Virus record (IMG/VR): IMGVR_UViG_3300037189_026207 | Coordinates: 1-64,000 of that record | Length of the DNA: 64,000 bases | From: a virus | Reading direction: 5' to 3' (one strand) | In this document: in pieces, positions 48,074-57,687 of the stretch | Numbering within the stretch: position 1 is the first letter of the stretch | Layout of the letters: each line of letters begins with the position of its first letter | The notes under the pieces: model-generated | Databases searched by the model: none | What the model saw: the letters and a program-made list of their open reading frames with translations, nothing else | Told to the model about the DNA's origin: nothing | Program-made: the position numbers and the translations under genes

Positions 48074-49009
48074 ATGATATACTCAAATGATGAAAGCGCA
48101 ATTAAGCTACACGTAGACGACGCCGGTTTTGTGTGGCACGTTTCCGGGATCGATAAGCCACAAAATTCCGGCAAGTTGGTAGATACATTTTTGTATTCTT
48201 CGCCCGTGCTGCGCGTTAGTTCGAACGTGCGGGTGTTGGGTTTGTCGCAGAATGCAGAATTAATTACTAATATGTATCTGCGAAAGCGTCAGCGCGAATT
48301 AGGCAGCATATTAGTCGCTGGGCCAAACATCTGTGAGTCTGGGTTGGAGCTCCGCGATCCGTACATTGTTTTGATGCGGATGCGCGAGTCTTTTTTAACG
48401 TCAGCTTGCGGCGGTTGGCACACGATGACTGACGCAGACTACGCTACTTATGCGTTAGTGGCTAAAGCCCGGCAAACAGCGCATTGGTTTGATACGCCGG
48501 CGCGAGCTTTTTATACGGCTCACCCGGCATTTCCGGCGCTGCAGTTTATTCCTAACATTTCAAATCAGGACGCGGCTACTCTTTTAGCTACGATTGTGGA
48601 TCCCAGATGGTATGTAGATCGGCGTATTCCTGATCGTGCGTCTAAGCTTGAGTTGTATCTTGGTTTAACGCCAAAAATTCAGCGCCGCATATCCAATGAT
48701 AAAAAATTAATTTGCCGGGGGAGAGACTTACGTTGCGCTATTGTTTTAAATTGCTGGAAAACTCAACACCCAGGCGCCGTCGACTATAATCTGCCGCAAA
48801 ACTTTATCTGGCGAGTTTGGAAAGCGGCCGGCGGTGGCGCGAAGGGTGACCTGCGGGCTTCTCAGGCTTTTGTTCGTTATTTGCGCCTTAACTGGTTAGA
48901 CGCATTAATTTTAAGAGCAGGCCCCCGAGATCGTATTTTCTCTAGCAACAATTTTTTCAAAACATCTGAAGAACGAGACGCTTATTCTACTCATATGTCG
49001 GCAATGTAA
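48074..49009 (+). CDS. Domesticated IS110-transposase/Nop-domain-like protein
   Basis: HP....LQFIPNI....AA.LLA.I.DPRWY...SKLELYLGLTP; C-terminal RA...VRYL...W; DEDD and SG motifs not evident. Confidence 0.65.
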   Translation: MIYSNDESAIKLHVDDAGFVWHVSGIDKPQNSGKLVDTFLYSSPVLRVSSNVRVLGLSQNAELITNMYLRKRQRELGSILVAGPNICESGLELRDPYIVLMRMRESFLTSACGGWHTMTDADYATYALVAKARQTAHWFDTPARAFYTAHPAFPALQFIPNISNQDAATLLATIVDPRWYVDRRIPDRASKLELYLGLTPKIQRRISNDKKLICRGRDLRCAIVLNCWKTQHPGAVDYNLPQNFIWRVWKAAGGGAKGDLRASQAFVRYLRLNWLDALILRAGPRDRIFSSNNFFKTSEERDAYSTHMSAM

Positions 49010-49014
49010 TTTCT

Positions 49015-49509
49015 ATGCAAGAAGTTATTATCAAATTGCGGTTTAATCGGGAATGCTTAGGCGCCTCAAAGCGTAAACGACACTCGCAGGTCGTGTTTTC
49101 TTTTGATCATGATCCCGCCGGGCGCATCATGTTTATGCCGTCTGCGTGGAGTAGCGTTATGCGCTATGCGGCTAAATTATCAAATCGGCATCATGACGCA
49201 GTGCAGAAAATCGACTGGTGCCCGCTTGTAGAGGGTCAGCCTAGACCTGACTGGCGGCGTACGATAGTATCCAAGGCCGGCGAGGCTACCAGGACGCACT
49301 ACGCCGTGCACGAGGCTTTCCCGCCCGGCTCAACTATATTAATTTCTGCAGTTGTCCCAGATGAAATTTCGCTGAAAGAATTTGAAGATTTATTGACAAT
49401 CGTCGGAAAATACAAAGGCTTTTCACCATTTAACAACGCAACAGAGCATTATGGGACATTTGAAGTCTTATCAATCACCACAATCAGAGACAACGCGAAT
49501 GTCGGCTAG
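49015..49509 (+). CDS. Stand-alone RAMP (Cas7/Csm3-like) protein
   Basis: L.F...CLG, F.HD..G.I...S.W...MR.AA, HE..PPG, LL...G.Y.G.SP....YG.FEV. Confidence 0.65.
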   Translation: MQEVIIKLRFNRECLGASKRKRHSQVVFSFDHDPAGRIMFMPSAWSSVMRYAAKLSNRHHDAVQKIDWCPLVEGQPRPDWRRTIVSKAGEATRTHYAVHEAFPPGSTILISAVVPDEISLKEFEDLLTIVGKYKGFSPFNNATEHYGTFEVLSITTIRDNANVG

Positions 49510-51034
49510 TCTAGCGTGCGACATAATTATTAATCGCTGTGGAAACAGATTAACAGTTCATCGCGCCGACAACATGCCTTTTTCGGCGGAATTGCTCGAA
49601 GCGTTAACAAAAGATTTACGCTACCAGCATGTCGAGCATGTTCACGGCGCAGCGCAGCGCAACCCTATTACAGGGCAGCGCCAGTACTTTAAGACGACTG
49701 AGTACAAGTTATTTCGGTATGAGAACGGTAAGCTAATCGTGCTGGGTGGTTACTTAGCCCGAATTGGCTCGCAACTAAAGCGTCTTGGTTGCCGGGTAGC
49801 GTTGCAAGATACCTCGCCACCCCGCAAGCGCCCTGACGCATTTAAACCAGAGTGGGCCAACATGGAGGGCCGAATTGAATTTAGAGCCCGGCAGGAGGAG
49901 TGTTTACGGCTTTTGTCGCGCGTACCTTGTGGAATTATTAAAGCGGTCACCGGTTTCGGCAAGACCACACTTATTGGCGCTGCTGCCCTGCTATTTCCTG
50001 AAGCAAAAATTCATGTTGTTACGAAGTCGGTAGACGTTGCTGAGCGTATTGTTCGGTCTTTAAAGCGTTTTGTGCCCAAAGTCGGAATGGTCGGCGACGG
50101 CTCAAAACACTGGGAGCGTGTAACAGTTATCACGGCTGGCAGTCTCGCTCACTCCGATGGCGACGCTGATTTTTTGTTTTGCGACGAAGTACATCAGCTA
50201 GCCACAGTGAATTTTTCAACATCGCTAGCACAACGATATAAGCACAGCCGCAATTTCGGGCTAAGCGCAACTCCATATGCGCGCATGGACAACGCGCATG
50301 CAGTTCTTGAGCCGTTGTTTGGTCCTATGATATTTGAACTGACATATCAAGAAGCGGTAGAGCTCGGACTAGTCGTACCTATTCGTGTTCGTTGGTTGCC
50401 GATTCGTATGACGTTTAACCCCGCAGAACGATACTCAAATCGTGTGGCGCGAAAGCGTTACGGGGTCTGGACAAACGCTGATCGAAACCGTATGATCGCC
50501 GACGCGGTGCGAGAGTATCCTGACACGCATCAAATTTTGATTCTTGTCGAAACAATCGAGCACGCAGTTCATCTGGGCTCTCTTCTGCCCGAGTTCACGC
50601 TGGTGTACTCGAGCATGTTTCCTTCTGACTGCAACAACTATAAAAAGCGCGGTCTTTTGCCCAAAGATTACAAGCCGCTAAGTGATTACGACAAGCATCA
50701 ACTACGTAATAAATTTGAGTCAGGTGAGCTGCGCAAAGTTATTGCAACAGACGTTTGGGCTACCGGCGTAGATTTTGAGCAGTTAAATGTGTTGGTCCGG
50801 GCCGACGACCGCGACAGTGACATTGTTGACGTTCAGGGTCCTGGCCGTGTCAGCCGTTTATACACCGCGCCTAATGGTGATAAAAAAGAATTTGGCGAAG
50901 TTATCGATTGCATGGATACATTCGACCCTACTTTTTATCGAAAGAGTACGGGTCGTCGCAATTCTTACAAGCTTTTAGGATGGGAGCAGAATTGGAATGA
51001 AGCGCAGCGCAGCTGGAGGAACAATAGCGACTGA
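49499..51034 (+). CDS. SF2 DExH helicase (UvsW-like)
   Basis: TGFGKT, DEVH, SAT, TGVD, QGPGRVSR. Confidence 0.9.
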   Translation: MSASLACDIIINRCGNRLTVHRADNMPFSAELLEALTKDLRYQHVEHVHGAAQRNPITGQRQYFKTTEYKLFRYENGKLIVLGGYLARIGSQLKRLGCRVALQDTSPPRKRPDAFKPEWANMEGRIEFRARQEECLRLLSRVPCGIIKAVTGFGKTTLIGAAALLFPEAKIHVVTKSVDVAERIVRSLKRFVPKVGMVGDGSKHWERVTVITAGSLAHSDGDADFLFCDEVHQLATVNFSTSLAQRYKHSRNFGLSATPYARMDNAHAVLEPLFGPMIFELTYQEAVELGLVVPIRVRWLPIRMTFNPAERYSNRVARKRYGVWTNADRNRMIADAVREYPDTHQILILVETIEHAVHLGSLLPEFTLVYSSMFPSDCNNYKKRGLLPKDYKPLSDYDKHQLRNKFESGELRKVIATDVWATGVDFEQLNVLVRADDRDSDIVDVQGPGRVSRLYTAPNGDKKEFGEVIDCMDTFDPTFYRKSTGRRNSYKLLGWEQNWNEAQRSWRNNSD

Positions 51035-51770
51035 TCCGACGCTGCTCACGCCAGACTGGCATAAAGCACTTTCGGAAAAACAATTAATGGCGTATGTTCG
51101 CCATTCGTATATTTGGCGACAGAGCGGCTCAACAGATCTAGCCAGCCGCGAACAGTTAAAGACAGTACCGAGGTGGGACGGCGGACAAGACGCGTATGGC
51201 GTAAAATTTAGCCCCGTCTGGCCAAAAATTGCGAGACTTATTCGCGCAGTTGATGCAGATCCAGGTATTTGGGTCGCCGCACACTTCTCGCCGATCGCGA
51301 CGCGAAAGTATGTAACGGACAGCGGCTCCTTCGAGGTTCCAGATGTTACGCCGTCAAATTTATGCGGCAAATTATCTGAAACAATTTATCATGAATATTG
51401 CAGCGCTTTTCCAAAGATAACTATCGATGGGTATAACGCGGCTGGCCGGTCCATCGCGCTTAGGCTGCGCAGTCTTCAACGCTTAAATGTGTCTGAAGAC
51501 GATCGGCATTTTTGTGTAATTTGTGACGAAGGATATGTCGCTGCCTCGCCTATCGTTAGGCAGGGTTTCGCTAATGCCTTTAATTTACCTGAAGCTATTG
51601 CGCGTTATTTGTGGCCCGCCGCGCTGGAGTACGACGCGAAACAACGACTGTATGATCGCGTTATTCCAGAATTTATTCCGGCATGGCTTATTTCCGATCA
51701 ACTACTAGACACGGTAAAAAAGATCAGACAGCATTGGAGGCAGTATGAACAATCGGTCGGAAAGGGATGA
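50997..51770 (+). CDS. Hypothetical replication-associated protein (start uncertain)
   Basis: Lies between the two helicases. Confidence 0.6.
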   Translation: MKRSAAGGTIATDPTLLTPDWHKALSEKQLMAYVRHSYIWRQSGSTDLASREQLKTVPRWDGGQDAYGVKFSPVWPKIARLIRAVDADPGIWVAAHFSPIATRKYVTDSGSFEVPDVTPSNLCGKLSETIYHEYCSAFPKITIDGYNAAGRSIALRLRSLQRLNVSEDDRHFCVICDEGYVAASPIVRQGFANAFNLPEAIARYLWPAALEYDAKQRLYDRVIPEFIPAWLISDQLLDTVKKIRQHWRQYEQSVGKG

Positions 51771-53433
51771 GCAGCGCTGTGATATCCCGATTACGTATCC
51801 TGACATGTCTGCTATGTTGCGCGGACTGCTTCGATACGATCGGTTATTTGGCGAGGCAATTCGGGCAGGATTGAAGCCGCATCACTTCGGCACCAATCCA
51901 GACGAGACAGCGCATCAGGTTTTGTACGCTTCAATGTGCGTATTGCGAGAGCAGTACGGCGCGATCACAAAACCAATGCTGATTCATCACATTGCCAGCT
52001 TAATTGTTGGTAATCATGTTGAATTAACTCCTGGAGAGAATGAGTGGCTGCTTGGCCGGGATGACAGCAGTATTCAAGGCTTTATTGAAGAAGCATTTGA
52101 TACTCCGCCGCTATCGTCCGAACAGGAGGCGGCAGAGAAGCGGCACGTAGAATCAATTCTACGTCGCTTTTTAAATTCTCGACTTATTAAACAATCGCTG
52201 CAGAGCGTATTAAATCGTGTAGATGCGAACTCGGCGCCAGAAGATATTGCCGGCCTGCTCGAAAACTTTTGTCGGCAGTCGCAGCGCGTTAAGCATGTCG
52301 GCGAGGCGTTAGACAATGCGGCGGCGTTGCCTGTATTTGGTTCTCCTATTGATTTACCGCCACCACCAGAACCGACAAATGTTCCGTGGATTGACCAGTA
52401 CATCGGCGGCACTCGTCCGCGCGATCTTATTGGGCTACTGGCGCCGTTCGGCGGCGGCAAGACGACGATGGGTATTTCGGCTGCGGTAAGAATCGCAGAA
52501 AATTATTATCTTACTGAGCAGAATAAGATTGCCGTCTATGTCTGCTTTGAAGACGGGGCAGAAAAAATGCGGCACTTGTGTTGGTCCGCCGCGGCACAAA
52601 TTGAGCGTCGGCTTTTTGATATTAAAGACGTAGGCATCGATCCGGAAAAATTTTGGCGCGCGTTCTCTACGGCGGATACGCTTAAAGACTATGAGTTTGC
52701 ATTGCCTATTAATCAGAACGGCAAAGTTATGCTCGGCGAGCGCGAGCGGTGGGAGTCTATTTCTGACTGGTACAACAAGCACTTTGTATTTTTAGATTTT
52801 GCCCACAGTACTGGCACGTCAGCCCGCGGCAACGGCGGCCCCGTGGAATTGGCTGAAGTTTTAAAGCGCGTAGTCGAAGAACGTAAGTGTGACATCGGCT
52901 TCGTTGTTATCGACTACGCGGGTCGAATGATTGACCGTATGATCGGCATTCAACAGCAAGATCAGCTGTGGCGTTACATCAAACTTTTGCCAGACGAGTT
53001 GCGGCGGCACATTGCAGATGAGTTTGACGCTACACTACTGATTGCGCATCAGCTGGCTGCCGGGGACATCAAGTCTTACCCGCCTAGTCGATATAGCCAT
53101 CATCATGATTCACAGGGCGGCAAGAGTTTTGCGGAAAATTTGCACGCGTGCTGTTGCCTCGGTATGCGCGATATTGATACCAAGGCTTGTACGCTGCACT
53201 GGTCAAAGATCCGCGCATTTATGCCCGAATCTCCCCTAGGAATTGTGAAAATTCATGACCACTATGTAGATGTTAATTTAGTGAATGACAAGTATCGTGT
53301 ATGCAAACAGTCTAAGAAAATTTTATTAAACAGTGATATACATCCATTTACCGGCGGTCGTGAAACTTCTTCTCGCCGTAACTCATCTGCTTCTGTGTTG
53401 GATCCTTTTACAGCAAATTTTGGCGACGCATGA
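51745..53433 (+). CDS. DnaB-like replicative helicase
   Basis: APFGGGKT, CFE, VIDY, AHQL. Confidence 0.85.
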   Translation: MNNRSERDEQRCDIPITYPDMSAMLRGLLRYDRLFGEAIRAGLKPHHFGTNPDETAHQVLYASMCVLREQYGAITKPMLIHHIASLIVGNHVELTPGENEWLLGRDDSSIQGFIEEAFDTPPLSSEQEAAEKRHVESILRRFLNSRLIKQSLQSVLNRVDANSAPEDIAGLLENFCRQSQRVKHVGEALDNAAALPVFGSPIDLPPPPEPTNVPWIDQYIGGTRPRDLIGLLAPFGGGKTTMGISAAVRIAENYYLTEQNKIAVYVCFEDGAEKMRHLCWSAAAQIERRLFDIKDVGIDPEKFWRAFSTADTLKDYEFALPINQNGKVMLGERERWESISDWYNKHFVFLDFAHSTGTSARGNGGPVELAEVLKRVVEERKCDIGFVVIDYAGRMIDRMIGIQQQDQLWRYIKLLPDELRRHIADEFDATLLIAHQLAAGDIKSYPPSRYSHHHDSQGGKSFAENLHACCCLGMRDIDTKACTLHWSKIRAFMPESPLGIVKIHDHYVDVNLVNDKYRVCKQSKKILLNSDIHPFTGGRETSSRRNSSASVLDPFTANFGDA

Positions 53434-54473
53434 GCACACCAATTAACCCGACTCTGTATCGTTTGTTAGCTCAAAAATTTGGCGAGGTTAGATTTTCAAA
53501 TGAAGGTTGTCATGCTTACGTGCAACGCATGCCTGATCCTCTTAATCCTCGTCGCACAATTACACGAGCGACGTCATGGGGAGAGTATTACTGCATTAAT
53601 TGTCCGTTCTGTGGCGACACTCGCTTTCGTCTTTGGATTAATCACACTTATGCATCTGAAGTAGTAAATGGTGTTCGGCAGAATACAAATGTCGCCATTT
53701 GTTATAACGAGCAGTGTTTAAAAGTTCCGGGGCGCAGCGAACAGTTAGAACAAATTATTTTCGGGCATGGGCGCCATTTAAAGCCACAGGCGTTGCCCCT
53801 GCAGCCTGTAACGATGCCGCACGAACCAACGCCCGTTCGCCCGCCAGGCACTGTTATTCCGTTGACAGAGCTGCCGCTAGATCATCCAGCCCGAGAGTAC
53901 GTAGTCTCTCGCGGGTTCAGCGCGGAAGAGCTAACTGCAAATTTTAATGTCGGACTTTGCATCAACGTGGACGAGCCGCGGCTGTATACGGCTCGTGGTC
54001 GGTTGTATATTCCAGTTACGTATAGGCAAGAACTCGTGGGGTGGCAATGCCGCGCTATTGCTCCTAACTCAGAGCCAAAATATTTTAACGCCCCCGGAAT
54101 GAAAAAATCTGCGCTGCTTTACAACTATGATGTTGCGCAAAGTCAGCCTTACGTCATTGTGGTCGAGGGCGTGCCGAGTGTGTGGCGATTAGGCCGAGCT
54201 GCGGTATGTTTATTTGGTAAGACTATGTCCTACCAGCAGCAGAAACTTATTGCGCGTACGTGGGCTGGCAAACCAGTATTTTTATTGCTTGACCATGACG
54301 CCAAACCGGAACTTGACCGCGCTACGACGACGCTGTCTAACATGTCGGTTAACGTGGTGCCGGTAGAACTTCCGGACGCGAGAGATCCGGCTGATTATTC
54401 TTTTGCGGACATTGGTGATTTGCTGGCGGCTCGTGCGTCAGCCGCTGGGTTAGGTAGTTCAATCAAAATCTAG
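53430..54473 (+). CDS. DNA primase (Zn finger + TOPRIM)
   Basis: CPFCGD, RLYIP, GWQCR, KY.N, VVEG, LDHDA, DP.D. Confidence 0.88.
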   Translation: MSTPINPTLYRLLAQKFGEVRFSNEGCHAYVQRMPDPLNPRRTITRATSWGEYYCINCPFCGDTRFRLWINHTYASEVVNGVRQNTNVAICYNEQCLKVPGRSEQLEQIIFGHGRHLKPQALPLQPVTMPHEPTPVRPPGTVIPLTELPLDHPAREYVVSRGFSAEELTANFNVGLCINVDEPRLYTARGRLYIPVTYRQELVGWQCRAIAPNSEPKYFNAPGMKKSALLYNYDVAQSQPYVIVVEGVPSVWRLGRAAVCLFGKTMSYQQQKLIARTWAGKPVFLLLDHDAKPELDRATTTLSNMSVNVVPVELPDARDPADYSFADIGDLLAARASAAGLGSSIKI

Positions 54474-54480
54474 GTGTATC

Positions 54481-57400
54481 GTGAAACATAATTTATCGGA
54501 AGCGCTGTACGACCAGCGTCGTCAGCCGATTGTTGAAGCGCAGTGGCCGGCGGTTGATTTTACTGGCCCGGGAATGCCTGCTCCTGGACCAGACTTTGTT
54601 AAGCACGCCATGGACCTCGGCGACGAAGTTGATATGGCGGCTTTTAAGAAAAAGAAGAAACTAGTATTTGGACAAAACTTAGATTACTTGTATCGTCGAG
54701 CGATGTATGACGCAGGTTTTTCTTTGCCTGTGCTCGGCAAGCGCGGGGTGTTTGACGCAAAATTTGTGCCAGGACATTTAATCGGGTCTGATCAGCAACA
54801 AATTGTGTACGGACCAAAACCAGCAAAAATTATGCTGGTCGGAAAAATTCCTGGCCTAGATAACTTGAGCGAAAAGGACGCGTGCGCCGGCACAGCGATG
54901 CACGAATTTTTTCGCGCCATCGGCGAGTTAGGCGTAACCGCAGAAGAGTACAGCAAGTGGTACGTCACGTTTGCTTGTAAGTTTAGCGCCCCAAGCATCG
55001 ACATTGATGTTATTCAGGCGTCGTGGCTAAAAGATTGCGCGCTCATCACGGCGCAAGAACTCAGGATTGTACGGCCAGATTATATTTTGTGTCTCGGAGC
55101 CGACGCCACTAAGGCGATTATGAATTCGCCTGTAAAACTTAATAACCAGGTCGGCGAGATTACTGTTCCTTTACCGGACGGCGGCGAGCATAAAATTCAA
55201 GTTATGTCTTCATTACATCCAGCATTTGTAGCTCGCAGGCCTGATAGTTACGCAGAGTTTCGCGGTCAGATTCAAAGATTTTTAGATCTAACGCAAGATA
55301 AGCTTACAACCACAGAAGACGTCGACCACGCTGAGATTTATACGGAAGATGCGTTACGCGCCACAGTAGACGAGATGATTGCAGACCCGGACGTTAACGC
55401 CAATATTATTGCCGTCGACTGTGAGTGGCACGGTGACTACCCGACTGAGCCCAATGCCTATCTGCGAACAATCCAGATATCAAATAAAGATAAGTGGGCA
55501 CGAACTATTGTGCTCCGGTACGAAGGCGGCGCAGAAGCGTTTAGGCCTAGCCTAGACACGGCGCGTGAGCAGTTGTGCCGACTGTTAAAGAGTACGCCAG
55601 AACGGCAAGTGCGGGTGGGCGGGCACTTCCTGCGGGCGGACTTGCCGTGGCTGATTAATTTTGGCGTAGACGCGCGGCCAGAGTATGCGCCAGATCCTGA
55701 TCCTGAATGTCGCACCCGCGGCGGTTGGGATACAAGTCTGATGTATCACGCGGTGAACGAGACGGCGAAGTACGGGCTGGATGCGTGTACGGTGCATTTC
55801 ACGAATGCACCAACATATTGGGCCCGGCTTGATAAATGGAAAAAGAGCTTCTGCACACAATATAAGATTAAAGGCGGCAACCTGGGCGGCTACGGCGAAT
55901 GCCCGAGCCACATTCTGCATCCGTACGCAAATTATGACGCGGACGTAACTCGTAGAATCATGTTGCGATTTTACGGGACGGACGGGCGTGACGGATTAAT
56001 TGCCAGCGACACCTACCGCAACGATTGCTGGTTGCCGTACTGGACTGCGCACGTAGCGTCGTTAGCGTTTCTGGAAATGGAAATGACCGGCTTTGTTGTC
56101 GACCGCAATCGGGCCGACGAGCTTACAAATTTATTTATGGAAACGCAGGACAGACTGCTAGCGGAGATTCGTCAAGATTTAAGCTGGCCTGACTTTAATC
56201 CAAAGTCGCAGCCTCAACTTGCGGTGGCGTTGTTTGGTCGTGGTTTTATAAGCAATTTTACTAATACTATTACTGTGCCTGATTTTGCGCGTACGTTAGA
56301 CCTAACGCCCATTAAGACAACGGGAAAAAGGCCTAAGTTATGGAAAGATTTAAAGCCACAAACGCGTAAGACCTCGTCGCCGAGCACGGACAAAGAAAGC
56401 TTAGGTATTTTTGGCCACTTGAACGTCACTGCCGCAAAAATTCGTGACTATAAATTTATTGCGCAGGTTTTGCAGTCCGTTCTGCGAAAGCCGAACGCAG
56501 ACGACGACGGAGAATTTGAGACGGATGACAACGGCAATTATTCGTATGAAAAAGGTCTTATCGGTTGCGCGCATGCTGACGGTAAAGTTAGAACGCATCT
56601 TTTCCAGACAAAAGAAACTGGACGCGCCAGCAGCTCCCGACCTCCGCTTCAAAACCTTAGTTCGCGCAGAGAGGACGACTACAAGCGCATCCTTGGAGCC
56701 GCCCACAAACATCCGGTACGTTCAATATTGCGCGTCCCGCCCGGTTATGTCGGCATCGAAACGGATTTCACTGGTGCGGAATTGGCGGTCTTAGCTTGGC
56801 TTAGTCAGGACGCCAATATGATTGAACACGTCCGGCGTAATTTATTGCCAGAAGAAGATCCTGATCACTACGATATTCACTCACAACAAGCCGTTAAAGT
56901 ATTTAATTTAACCAACGTAACGCCAACGAAAAGCGGTATGGTTAAAGCTGGTTGCAAAGGACTGCGTATTGCGGCAAAAAACGTGAACTTTGGTATCCCG
57001 TACGGCCGCGGTCCTGAAGCTATTGCGCGTCAGTGTAAGGAAGAAGGCGTGAGCGTAACGCCAGAGGACTGTAAGGCGATGATTGCGGCTTACTTCTCAG
57101 CTTATCCTAAAACCGAAGATTTTCTTGCGTCTTGCCGGCAGCGGTCGCAGGATCCTGGTTGGCTTGTTGGCCCGTACGGAAGATTTAGACGATTTAGCAA
57201 TTCGGCACATAAGGACGGCGCTACTATTGGAGAGCAGGAACGACAGGCGCAAAACTTTCCAATTCAAGGCGGCGTAGCTGATGCGGTATCTATTGCTCTA
57301 GCTAATTTTGTTAATTATCGCGCGCAGCATCCAGATGTTGAGTATCGCGTAGCTCTTCAGATTCACGACGCTATTATTTTAGTGGTACCTATCGCGCACG

Positions 57401-57600
57401 CCGAGCGTGTATACCACGAGGTTATTCCCAAGTGCATGGTCGACGACGTGCCGTTCTGGCCGCGTACACTGAGCGGTCAGCCGATCCCGGTCGAAAAGCC
57501 GTATCATTTTGGTATTGATTGTGATGTATTTATTCATTGGGGCGAGAAGCTTAAGTCAAATCAAATCGACGAAATGGGCCTGAATTGGCTGAAAAAGTAG
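54481..57600 (+). CDS. polA: Family A DNA polymerase with N-terminal UDG-like domain and 3'-5' exonuclease
   Basis: IMLVG..PG / ILCLG..A / LHPA (UDG); AVDCE, YA..DAD (exo); TGR.SS..P.LQN, D....EL, K.VNFG..YG, NFPIQG, IHD. Confidence 0.92.
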   Translation: MKHNLSEALYDQRRQPIVEAQWPAVDFTGPGMPAPGPDFVKHAMDLGDEVDMAAFKKKKKLVFGQNLDYLYRRAMYDAGFSLPVLGKRGVFDAKFVPGHLIGSDQQQIVYGPKPAKIMLVGKIPGLDNLSEKDACAGTAMHEFFRAIGELGVTAEEYSKWYVTFACKFSAPSIDIDVIQASWLKDCALITAQELRIVRPDYILCLGADATKAIMNSPVKLNNQVGEITVPLPDGGEHKIQVMSSLHPAFVARRPDSYAEFRGQIQRFLDLTQDKLTTTEDVDHAEIYTEDALRATVDEMIADPDVNANIIAVDCEWHGDYPTEPNAYLRTIQISNKDKWARTIVLRYEGGAEAFRPSLDTAREQLCRLLKSTPERQVRVGGHFLRADLPWLINFGVDARPEYAPDPDPECRTRGGWDTSLMYHAVNETAKYGLDACTVHFTNAPTYWARLDKWKKSFCTQYKIKGGNLGGYGECPSHILHPYANYDADVTRRIMLRFYGTDGRDGLIASDTYRNDCWLPYWTAHVASLAFLEMEMTGFVVDRNRADELTNLFMETQDRLLAEIRQDLSWPDFNPKSQPQLAVALFGRGFISNFTNTITVPDFARTLDLTPIKTTGKRPKLWKDLKPQTRKTSSPSTDKESLGIFGHLNVTAAKIRDYKFIAQVLQSVLRKPNADDDGEFETDDNGNYSYEKGLIGCAHADGKVRTHLFQTKETGRASSSRPPLQNLSSRREDDYKRILGAAHKHPVRSILRVPPGYVGIETDFTGAELAVLAWLSQDANMIEHVRRNLLPEEDPDHYDIHSQQAVKVFNLTNVTPTKSGMVKAGCKGLRIAAKNVNFGIPYGRGPEAIARQCKEEGVSVTPEDCKAMIAAYFSAYPKTEDFLASCRQRSQDPGWLVGPYGRFRRFSNSAHKDGATIGEQERQAQNFPIQGGVADAVSIALANFVNYRAQHPDVEYRVALQIHDAIILVVPIAHAERVYHEVIPKCMVDDVPFWPRTLSGQPIPVEKPYHFGIDCDVFIHWGEKLKSNQIDEMGLNWLKK

Positions 57601-57603
57601 GCC

Positions 57604-57631
57604 TAGACTTTCCCCCAAAGTGTGCTAGAGT
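57604..57631 (+). promoter_or_regulatory. Sigma70-like promoter with extended -10
   Basis: TAGACT-16 nt-TAGAGT with TG immediately upstream of the -10. Confidence 0.45.
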
Positions 57632-57687
57632 ACCCGTAGCTCAATAGGAGCTTTTCTTTTTTACTTTTAAGTTTGGAGTATGTTTCA

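Noticed and set aside
48074-49009. Active IS110 insertion sequence
   Set aside because: No non-coding ends, catalytic motifs eroded, embedded in the operon
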